From: Glycera tridactyla
Lineage: Eukaryota
Assembly: GCA_965644265.1 (NCBI GenBank)
Contig: OZ286476.1
Location: 6,882,001 to 6,946,000, forward strand
Reading direction: 5' to 3'
DNA: 64,000 nucleotides
A model generated the notes under the pieces. It was not told the origin of the DNA. It saw only the letters and a list, made by a program, of their open reading frames with translations, and did no database searches. The position numbers and the translations under genes are program-made. How positions within the stretch are numbered: the first letter of the stretch is position 1; the number at the start of each line of letters is the position of its first letter. This document shows positions 38,201 through 50,200 of this stretch, piece by piece.

Positions 38201-41200
38201 TACCGAACCGGCTCTACCGCTCCACGGATCTGCACAACTTATGATTCTCGCACAAGAAGATCCACTATAGAGGTCACTGCAGGAAACCTCTGTACTCTAA
38301 CACTCCACTCCACCCAGGTGTGAATGACTACATGGCTATAAGCAGTGATAGCTGTTGTTAGTTCTGGTTTGTAACTTGTATACCCTACAAGGAGTTGAGA
38401 AAGTTTAGAGATTGGACAGCTCTACCGAGAAATGTTACTGAAAACTTGGGTAAACTTGTAGAGAAAACCAGACTGGGGTGTAGAACGAGTGACCAAATAA
38501 TCAAGAAGAATTCACCAATGAAATCAAAAGTACAATCCCATCACAAATGAGGGCATCTGATTTCTCATGTAACACACCAAAATCCTTCCCCTGCAAACTT
38601 CACGCAAAATCTACACACACCAAATAATCCCATCATAGAATTCAGAACCATTTATATTCAAGTACAAAAGATGATATCTTCACAGCATCAATCTATCCAA
38701 GTTTCTACAATAAGCTTTGGATATTTCACATTGCTTCATCAGTAAATTCATCTGTCTTAAGGTAGCTATCTCTTAAGAGTCCAACATGCGGTTTTGTCAG
38801 AGTGGTGAATCAGACAAGGATTTCGACGGTATAATACAATCATTATAATACAGTGTCTCCGTCCCCACCAGCAGATACGATGGCTAACACGAACCAGAAG
38901 CTGGAGTGTAGAATGGCGTTAGGCATACGTCCCTATTTTGCGAATCAATTGATACGTGGGTCTTGCAGAGTTCTGGGATATGTGGTTGAAATTTGCATCA
39001 AACTGCGCTTCTCACACCTCACTTCCTGCTCATCCTCACTTCCTGTTCATTGTATCGTATACTTACCTGAAATCGTAACCATTAGGCTCACTGATAGAAA
39101 ATGAATCAGAACGTAGCGAATCGCCGCCATCTTGAATCTCATCAACATCGTTCGGAAGCGAGGCTCCAGAGTTTGACTCCTCATCCTCCGATTGACATGA
39201 GGATGAGGGGGTTTCCCATTGTGAATCAAGGAGTTCGGCCTCTGCTAGTGCAGTGACAGGGGATTGAGCGAACTGAGGGGGTGGAGGGGGCGGGGTGTCT
39301 GGGGCACCCAGTGGAGGGGGCGGCGGTGGTGTTTCGGGGGCACTAAGTTGTTTTTTCTTCTTCCTGACTGTGCTATCACTGTAATCGAAGCATACAAACC
39401 AACACCGTGCAGTTAGTCGGGCCTTATTCCACTTTCCTGGACCACACTCCAATTTTGTATCACCCACGCCACACAAGAGTGAAAAATTAAGAATCATGTC
39501 GCCCATGTGGCTACAAGTCTCAGCCAGATGACTGGAATATATGACAAACATGCCAATCTCTGAGGACCAAAATTTGTAATGATGCCAATTGCAGAGAAGT
39601 ATGAATTTTTGGAAGTAATGTTACAAAATTTTGGGCTCGAAAAGCGTAATCATTATTCTGAATTGTAATGGTTGAGCACATTTTCCAATTTTGCTTACGC
39701 CACCCGGAAAATGTTTGCGATATCATTTCTGTCCAGCAGGCAAGAACCTTGCCTCGGACACAGATCCATCATGTTTGAAAGTCACAGCAGGGAATTTTCC
39801 TGCTGCATGAGTACAGTCTTGTATTTTTCTCTTTGAGTTGCTGAAAATTTGACAGCAAATTTCATGTAGGTGGACAGTGGAATCGGCAGTCTTTTTTGCT
39901 GCAGTTTTCAGAAAATTCCAGTATCAAGTGTAATTAAAAGGCCACAAATCTTGAAGAGCTGCCGAAAAACAGCAATGGATGCTTGAGTATAAATAAGTGA
40001 GGAACGTGGCAGGTGATCCAAGAAAGGAAACGGAGGCCATTAGTGGAGACATCTAGTGGCAGCAAGCAGAATCATATTGGCGATGTAAGCAGTAGTAACT
40101 TTTCTTTCGGTGTAGCAAAAACATCGGCATTTTCCCAAATCGATGAAATGAGCTTGGCCGAGTCCATCAAATGACTGCCCCAACTGCCTGAATAATAATG
40201 TAAGTATGCCCAGTTTCCTTCAGACAAGAAAAATATGGTAAAATTCAAAAATAATCACGCACAGTGACACAAATAGCTTGGAAATAAAGAGGAAGCAAAC
40301 CACACAGGGATATATACTGCCTAAAAACCAGATTGCCCATAAACCACAACTGTCTGAGTTAGTTTATTAAGAAGAAATTTGTTAGGTATTCAACCAAAGT
40401 GTACTTTTTCACAGATGAATATAAAAGGCATCCCAAAGTATAATCAAATATAAAAATAAATTCCCTGATTACAAATACAGTTGTGATATTAGCAGCTACG
40501 ATACTTGTTCAATAGTACAGGGCCAAATGCCCATGCGGTCAGTCAGCATGGTATCAGAACCAGGTCAATGTTCGCTTTCGATCTTCAATACATTTATTTC
40601 ATAAGAAAATGATGCTGTGCTATAAGCTACTAATTTTAGGCATCTAAAGCCAGTGTCCACAGTTCCTAATTTTGCAAGTAGATGGGACAAATGTCCCCAC
40701 TCAGGCAGGACAAATGTCCCCACTCAGGCAGGACTAATGTCCCCACTCAGGCAGGACAAATGTCCCCACTCAGGCAGGACAAATGTCCCCACTCAGGCAG
40801 GAGTCAGAGCAAACAGCGAGAGAGGTGTGATTCAAGGTCTGCGGTGTTGTTGCCACACGGAGTGAAAGAGAGAGAGAAGGTATGTGTTCACTACTGCTTA
40901 CAGCGAACGCTCGGTTCAAAGAGAGGCAGATACGCATCAACTACTAGGACTGTAGGACTGGAGTGCCAGGAAAGAATCATTGCACAGAAACTAGAGAAAT
41001 GTGCCAAAAGATGATGAAGTCAGTCCATATGCAACTGCGGCAGCCTGACCCAAATCCTGTCTCAATCACATGTGATTTGTCGGGATATCGGATCAATATA
41101 AAGCTACCATAGTGGCAAACGACAAAACCTCACTCGTGGTTCTCGTTAATGAGATGAAATTACCTCCATTCGGGATGATCAGCACGTGAAAAGCTGCATT

Positions 41201-44200
41201 TGTGGAATTTATGATAAGTAACCATTCAGGAAAACAAAAATACCAAACACCTTTATTGATCAGTTTCTGAACACTGAATATATATATATATGTATCGTCA
41301 GCATTTTCATTTGTCTCCATCAAGTAATTGTTTCACAAACTATTGTCCATTCAGTTGATGAGTTTCGAGCCTTCTTATTACATAAATTAAAACATCATGT
41401 CATCAGGAATGTTCTCATCCAGACAGAGCATTGGAAGGAAGTTGATTGAAATGGGAGCATTTCCCAAAACAGCATTATACATCACGAATATCTACAAACA
41501 CCTAGCAACGACGATGCTTTCATTATAAGCCATTGCAGGCCACTTCAAATTTAAATGGGATCTCTCGTCCCTATTGATTTTTACACAAACCATAGCCACC
41601 AGTAGGGCTGGGATGAAACACATGAGTCACGAAATGAAACATTTCTAGAAACACACCTTGCGAAATGAATGACGAAACGAAACGCCAATCAACCCCACCT
41701 TCAGGAATCTGAAGTGGTCCTCCCCAGTTCAAGTGACATGAGCAAGCCACCCATATTTTGGTGGCCTTGCATTATGGCCTACTACCATCAAATATAGATG
41801 TGTGCTATAAAAAGTTCATCAAATCCCTGTCATTCGAGCTATCTGGCAAGTTTTTGTTTCGAAACAGGATGTATTTTCTCCTTTATTGGCATTTGTGTGT
41901 ACTCATGACCTGTTTCTTTATATTTCGAAACACTCAGCCTAATATCGAAACAATTGTTTTGTTTGGAAACGATCAATATTTTCGAAATTTCAGTGAATCG
42001 TCCCACCCCTAGCCACCAGGTGGACAACAAAAATTCATAATTCTCAAATAAGTAAGTGAATCCTTGTCATAATCTTTAGGAGCAGAACAAAATTAATGAC
42101 CTTTCTTATTTGATATTGTCAAATATAATTCTTGTGAGTTCAGCGTCACAATTTTTCTCCTCAACCCAGGCAGGATTACTGAAGTGATGGCTTGTTTCCA
42201 ACAAATATTACTGAGACAATAATCAAACTGAACAAAATATTTTGTTCTATTCGAATTTATTTTCGCTTGAAGAAAAACAACTATTGACTGATAATTCAGT
42301 AACAGTACAACTATTGTGTAGAGGTGACTGAGCAACCTACAAACTCCATCACTATCCTCAACCCAGATGTGGATGGTTTATTGATGGTAGGGAGTGATAG
42401 AGATCGTTGATAGCTTTAGCATTGCATATCACTTCTCAGCAAATTGGAGAAAGCTCCAGGAATATATATTTGAAATTGTTGAGGATACCAGACTGTAAAG
42501 CACTAAATTAATTTCCGACAGAGCTCAGCAGACTACGCGTTTATGGACTGATCTCCATGTTTGATCGACCTCTTATACAATGCTCTGAGTGGATGTATAC
42601 ATATCTGTGATTCCATCATTCATTTAAATGAGCATGCAAATTCATGTTCATCACATTATTTGAAGTCTGTCAATACATATCCTGAGATGGCATCTAATGT
42701 GATTCCAAAATCATAGAAAATTCCACAAACAGACAATTAAATGTTCAGTTGAATGCCTTATCACAATGTGGAAGGTTGCTCTGTGATAATGAAAAGATGG
42801 AGAGATGATCAGCTTCAAACACAAGACGACAATCTTCATCTTGGCCAGTCACATGACACATGCCTACTCAAGGTCACCTTCCTCTGACCTTGGTGCACTT
42901 CAAGGTCAAGTAACTACAGTGTACTCTTCCTGTTGCTTTGTATTACTCAGGCAACCATAGCAGCTGATCGCCTCGACTTTGACACGTGTCAACCTAATTC
43001 AAGGTCAACTTCCACTGACCTTGGTGCACTTCAAGGTCAAGTAACTATAGTGTACTCTTCCTGTTGCTTGGTATTACTCAGGCAACCATAGCAGCTGATT
43101 GCCCCGACTTTGACACGTGTCAACCTAATTCAAGGTCAACTTCCACTGACCTTGGTGCACTTCAAGGTCAAGTAACTACAGTGTACTCTTCCTGTTGCTT
43201 TGTATTACTCAGGCAACCATAGCAACTGATCGCACCAACTTTGACACGTGTCAACCTAATTCAAGGTCAACTTCCACTGGTCTCATGCACTTCAAGGTTA
43301 AGGAGGCATTCTCCCTGATGCTATGGATTTCTCAGGTAACCATATCAACGTTTAACATCTGCAGACCTATACTTCAGAAGAATGGATGCAATACAGACTC
43401 TCGTATCAAAGTCTGCCGTGCAACAAAATGGAAAATTGGAATTTGCCGGGTCAAATAAAAATTCAGACGCCGCATCAGGATATCAGACTATAGAACTTCT
43501 CAGGGATAATGGGTCACGGTTCATTCCGGGTAGAATTGACACGTGCACGGGAGATCAAAACAGGGACGGCTCCTACTCAGTTGGGCATGAAACATCAGGC
43601 AATTTATTCAATGAAATCAACTATAAATCGATTCATTGAAAAGACTCTGGCCCAAAAAATATCGAACCAATATCAATTAAATGATCCAGGTGGAAAAGAG
43701 TATCATATGACCATGTGCTGGAAACATCACAAGTTATACAGCAACACTCACCAGTCCTGTAACCAAGGTTGGTTATATTGTTTGGTTATAATGTGAGGTT
43801 ATGACTTGAATCCAGGTCCTATAACATGCTTGTCTTAACTGATTGATTGGATTAGGATTGGCACAGTCGATCATGCATGGTAAAAATCAACTTTCCCAAA
43901 TATTCAACCATTATTTGGCCCAAATCCTGAAATATCACCATGCACAAATACCCCAGAACTCCAAGCATGTTATACTTTGGTTATAGTCCATCCTTTGGTT
44001 ATATTTTTGACCTTGCCAATGTTAATATTACCCTTAGTGACATCTAGTGGGCACAGTGACCATCATTAGTTAGCCATGAGGATACCAGATGGCAGTACAT
44101 ACCTGTCATGTCGGACGAAAGGCTCCTGGTCTTCCTCCTCATTTTCATCACACTGAAAAATTAAAAGAATTAGAAGATCAATCTGATTGAATCTGCAATA

Positions 44201-47200
44201 AAATATCAAAATCAGAATAAAATCAAACAACTTTGTTGATATTCATGAACATATTTACAGAACATGCAATCAGATCAGAGCAAGCCTTCACCCATAGTAA
44301 CGAGTCAGAGATACCTGAAACCTAATTGTTCAGTTTCAAACCTGATTTAATGGAGGACAGTTTCTTACAGGAAACAGCAGTGAATTTTGATGTCTTCAGC
44401 ACACCTATCCCGAGAAAAGTATTTTGGCTGAAAATATCTGTAACTTACGTTTGATGGCGGGTATTTCGTCGGTGGTCTTCGATTTGCTAGCGCTCCCTGA
44501 TTAGCCAACTGAGCTCGACCCTTATTAGCTGACGTATCTAGTAATTGCGTCTCTGGTATTGAAGCATTCAGAACGTCACTAGAGGTCGTTGATGAGCCAT
44601 CCTGAAGGTCACTAAGTGCATCAGGGATATAGGCTCCATTGAGTGTGATCGACTTTGGTCGGCCATTTGCATCCGTTTCTGCATCTGAATTCAAACAAAA
44701 AGAAATGTTAGAAATGGGAGGGAAATGGAACAACCATTCACACATCATTTGCACACAAAGAGCAGTGTTCTCCTGGTAGGAACAATGGATTAAGTTCTAG
44801 TGCGGTTGCTTCGATCAGTTTACCTGCTAATATAAACGATAATTCAGCGATGTGATTGACCACAGAAGCAGTACAATGAAAGGCCCTGAAATCGGCTTCT
44901 TTCACCAACACTTTCTGCTTTAAAGAGAATCTGCATACCCTCATTATTTCCTCCGAGAAGATTTTGTATATAAAATGACTGAAATACAGTGAAACCTGTG
45001 ACGAGAGACCTCCCTAAATGTCACCAAAAAGCGGTCTCTCAAAAGAGGTGGTCTCTCGTCAGAGGTAAATTTGACTATGTTAGATAGAAAAGCTGCCATG
45101 GAAAAGCGGTCTCCTGTCGGAGGTGGTCTCTCGTCGGGGTTCTTCCTTCACGGGTTTCACTGTATATGATCAGTCAAAAAGTTTAAGCTTGTTAAAATAA
45201 CGATCTAGTTGAGCATTATGACATCAACATCGTATGTGCTGCACCAATCTTAGGACACTGATCAATTTGTGTGAATTGTTCCGGTATAAAAGAATNNNNN
45301 NNNNNNNNNNNNNNNNNNNNNNNNNNNNNNNNNNNNNNNNNNNNNNNNNNNNNNNNNNNNNNNNNNNNNNNNNNNNNNNNNNNNNNNNNNNNNNNNNNNN
45401 NNNNNNNNNNNNNNNNNNNNNNNNNNNNNNNNNNNNNNNNNNNNNNNNNNNNNNNNNNNNAATGAACTAGAATTTTAGTGAGGCACCTCCTCACTCAATA
45501 TGTCTCCCCCCAGACTTTGTAATTATTCACTACCCGTATACATGCCTGGCAACCCACCTGCTTGCTTATTCATCTTCAAGTAAGCATGAAAAGATAGACA
45601 TTAATGGTTGACAACTATCCTTTGAGTGACCAATGATGTAGTATACCTAGTCATAAGTACGAAAATGTGTCCTGGGGTATGAGGTGTGCTGGGGTACAGG
45701 GGTCTCTTTGTGTAGGATTTGTCCTTGAGAATATGCCTAGGCATCAGAGAAGTTCAGTTGAATTTGGTTCAGCGGTTTGAGTGGAATTTTGCTGACAGGG
45801 GAAGCTCTTGATCAGGTCTTGATCAGTGACCCAGGAAACAAGAATAATTCAGCAAATGAGATTTGTCCATATTCTCAAATTCTGAAAATAGCTCCTGTGA
45901 CCTTGAACTTTGACCTTTTGGCACCATCTTCAAAATGCCAGTGTATCACCACTAGCCTGTAGATACACTCAATGGGTGTGAATGCCCCACTGAGTGCATG
46001 ATGTCACAGGATGAGTAAATGAGAAAAGTGAAATATATGAACAAAACTAATACATTTTCACTCTCAAATTATGAACAACCCCCCCCCCCCCCCCCCGTAA
46101 GTAATTGAAAAATTGATGGGTGTGTTGCCATAGATGTACAGCCTCTCGTAGAGGTTTGAGAAGGCTACCCCTGAAACTCAATTTATTGTCCGGAAATCAT
46201 TTCGCACTCAGTGACCTTGAAATGCAAGATGTAAATCCATAGTCTAGGGAAGGAGGTATACAAACTTTGAGACAAAAACACACCAGTGGACCAACACAGG
46301 GGGGTATGACAGTCAAATCGCTAACAGCACTTACAGTCGAACCTCTCTATAAGGACCACCTTCGGTCACATCAAAAAGTGGCCTTTATAGGGAGGTGGTC
46401 TTTATAGAGGTCATTCACTGTTGAGAATACTACCACAGTCGCAGCTCAGGGTGGTCTTTATAGGGAGGTGGTCTCTATAGAGAAGTGGTCTTTAGAGGAG
46501 GTTTGACTGTATATACCAATATGCCAAGTATAATAGCCATTGGATATCCACAGGTAGCAACAAGGAGCAGACACAAACAGGGAAGTTAATTAAGTTTGGG
46601 CTTTTGTTTGAGGAGAGAGGGAAAATGAAATCAACGTCTAGTCATTAGAGCAGGACAAAAGAGCATTGTCAGAGACCGAAGAATATTACATAACATGAAT
46701 GGAGAGGCATGAGAAATGCGTTCATTTCGGAGAGGTCACAATACAGACTGAGTTTAATTAGGGTACCTTTTTGGTGAAATTTCAGTGAAATTTTTGCCCC
46801 TGGTGATCTTGAAAATCATGTCACATAAACCAAAATCTAATCAGTTCATTAGACCCTCCCAAGGGGTATGCCTGCCAAATTTCATCAAATTCGGATGAGT
46901 AGTTTTGCTGCAATCGTGCTCACGAGGTTTTGTGACAGACAGACGGACAGACGGACAGACGGACAGACGGACGGACGGACAGACGGACAGACGGACAGAC
47001 GGACAGACGGACAATACGAATTCTATATGTCTCCCCCATCAGGGGGGGAGACATAATGAGTGAGTGAGTGAATAAAAGAATGAGTGAGTGAATGAATGAA
47101 TGAATGAGTGAGTGAATGAATGAATGAATGAATGAATGAAAGAACGAATGACTCACCTGGACTGAGTTCGGGCGATGACAGTTCAGAATCTGATGAGATC

Positions 47201-50200
47201 TCTGACAAGTTGTCCTCTGAGATATTTTTAACAAGAGGTTGTCGTGGCGCCTCGGTTGCTACGGGTAACACGACTTCCCTCGGAATGCTTTCACTGGGTT
47301 TGGGAATGACTGGAGGGAGACCCGCTGCCTTCAATGCTTCCGCAAGTTTTGACTCTAATTCAAAGATCTGAAACAAAGGAAGAAAATTCAAAACCTCTTA
47401 AATGCTAATTATCACTTCATCTCTAACATAGAGAGAATGAGAATATGATATAAAATCTCAAAGTAGAGAATTGGTGATTGGTATCTCTCCAGATGCAATA
47501 CTGTACTTAGAATGTCTATTAGTGATTCGACAATTACTCACCCGATCATAAACTCTGTGCTATGATTCCACTTATTCTGGTCCGATTGTTATGATCTAAA
47601 ATCCAAAATAATCATCTTGAAATGCTCGTTTCTGTCCCGTGCATGGTGAACTTACCCTGTCTATAGGTATTGCCCCTGTCATTTCATATTGAAGATACTC
47701 ACCCTGTCTTTGTGAGATTTAACGAGGGCGTTATACTGTTGTTCCTTCTCTGCCTGCAGCTGGGCCTGACCCTCGCGTTCCTGAATAAACTCCTTCTCTC
47801 TGTAAACACATGATTGATACAGTCAAATCTAACATCCCTATGGTCTTGGAATATGCAAGTGATATCCCACGAGGTGGGATTCAAATGGGAATTTCACGAA
47901 TTCGAAAGTTTCACATAAAAAATGTGAATGAAAGAGTGCCAATCTTTTCTATATAATTCATAAAAATCATTATCAATTGCGGCAACTGATCTCTACGCAT
48001 ATTTCAATATTCTTTTAAAAGCTTCTCTGTCAAGAACAAAAAGTCAACGTGGAAATCTGATTAACTCTTTACCTGCTACATTCTTCCCACATGTCATAAA
48101 ATTACCTCATATTTTGCTTCTCAAATATTCTCCAAAGGTATCTGTTCTGAAAATTCCAGCAAGAATGCTGCAAATTCTGAATTATAATTTTCCTCTAAAT
48201 TTTCTGGATTCCACAATTCTTGGAAAATTGGCAAGATAAGGGAATCCATCCACCAATTGATCATTATAGGACTTACCTAGACTGATATTCCTTGATTAAC
48301 TTCTTGGCCTTCTGATATTTCTTCTCAAGAGCGCTGTATTCGTCTCTCAGCTGCTTCTCCAGCGTAATGTACTGACCTTGAGATCCTTCAAGTAGTTCCT
48401 GTAACAATCGAGAAAAGGGTTAAGATCACCTCTATACAAAGACCACTTGCCTACAGAGTCATCCATGAGCCAGGACAATGATACAGTGAAACTTGCAATG
48501 AGATATAGTGCCCTAAATGTCACCAAAAAGTGGTGTCTCAGAATAGGTGGCCTCTATATTTGAAGATGCCAAAAAGAAAGCTGCACTGGGAGCGTGGCAG
48601 TCTCTCGTCATAGATTTCTCTGTAGCTGGTCTTTGTAGACATGTTCCACTGGAACAACTCACCTGATATAAGATCACCCGAACATAAGTGTCAAAGCTGA
48701 ATAATTGGACATGTTTTCATGAAACAAAGGCCAGCTTCTTTCAGTAGTGATATAATTGCTATTAATACTACAGTAGCCAGGAATAAGGCTAGCCTCTCCC
48801 AGGCCAGGGCTGCCAACCTCTGGAAACGCGTTTCAGTACCCCAAGACCCCGTTTTCAGTAACTAATTTTCAGTAACCTTTTAATAGTTCCGATGAATACT
48901 GCCGCCACCACGTGTGGCGCTGTAAAACTTGCAATTTGCGTGAAACCCCGCCATCTATTGCAAATTTGACGAATTACGATAGTTCCGATTATTCCCGCCA
49001 CCACCACGTGTGGCGCTGTAAAGCTCGCATTTTCTATGAAACCCCGCCATCTCTCGCAAATTGGCTGAACTGCGATCGGATCACCTTGAGTCTCACGCGA
49101 TTCTACCTCCACAACATTGCAAGATGGCGGTGCCCTTAGATTACGTCTTTTCGCGCAATAAAGCCAGATTTTCACACAGATTTCAACGATTTTATCGGGA
49201 TTTCAGCCTGCGGATGTCAAAATCATAACCAGCAACGGCGAAGCGGAACTTGCCGTGAAATTCATACTAGTTACGGGAAATGCGGAATACTTGGCAGCCC
49301 TGCCAGGCTAACAAAGCGTGCCAAGATCGTTTCACCATCATCTAGTCGCTATCAGTCATTGAAACTGCCAATAAAGTAAGTGAGCTATCTGGCAATATTA
49401 CTAAAACTTCTTGAATATATTCTTCAAAAACATATATTTCGAACAATCACCCTACATGGAACCGGCTACCCCCAGCACTCGTCACCATCCCTGATACCAA
49501 GATATTCGGAAAAGAAGTGACACAGCACCTCCTTGTACTAGTGTACCAAGTTGAAGTGAATCCCACCTGATAGCCACTGATATCTTTCTGTACATTCTGC
49601 AGCATACGCTCCGTGTCACGTAACCTCTGCGCCATATCCTCACATTTCTTCTCGTAATGACGTTTCTGCGCCTCTGCATTATCCAACAAGATCATCTGCA
49701 ATGTAAAACACAGGATTGAGGGCTCAATACTAAGGCCATCTCACTTCGTTGTGGATATGAAGCCGAATCTCCAACATGGCACCAACCATCCTAGCGTATG
49801 TAGGAGTGAGCAAACTACCACAAAATAGCAGTTGAATGACCCAGCCAGGAGCACACTCCAGTCTATACGAAGACACCCAAAGAATCATCTTTAACTCTAC
49901 TGTTAGAGTATTTCAATCAGCAAGAGCAGGTGATAATGATGGGACTGGTTGGAGAGAATCCCACTCCATCTGCCGGAACGACAGCTGAAGTAAAAGTTAA
50001 TGTAGGGACTGAAGATCTCAAACTGAAACTACCTGCCATTCTAAAGAGTAAGGTGGTGCAATTTTAATATTCAATATCCGGCTGAGTTTCGGAGAATGGA
50101 ATTCAGTGGCATTGAAAATCTAAAATGTGTGAAGAATGATTTGCTCTAAGGAATAGACACCTGAATCTCCAGATGAGCACTGCGAATTTAGAATATTGAT

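Noticed and set aside
40100-40187. Possible cassette exon after ttattattcag
   Set aside because: Only a very weak donor (gttact) is available, and the more protein-like frame ([17 protein letters not shown]) is incompatible with the phase-2 intron.
40685-40799. 23-bp repeats with an internal palindrome (GGACA-AA-TGTCC) resembling a CRISPR array
   Set aside because: Units are contiguous with no unique spacers, there are no cas genes, and the context is a eukaryotic intron. The same applies to the 27-, 29-, 30- and 75-bp arrays.
48855-49175. 106-aa ORF with an internal repeat
   Set aside because: It lies inside a non-autonomous MITE, reflects its ~96-bp duplication and has no transposase motifs.
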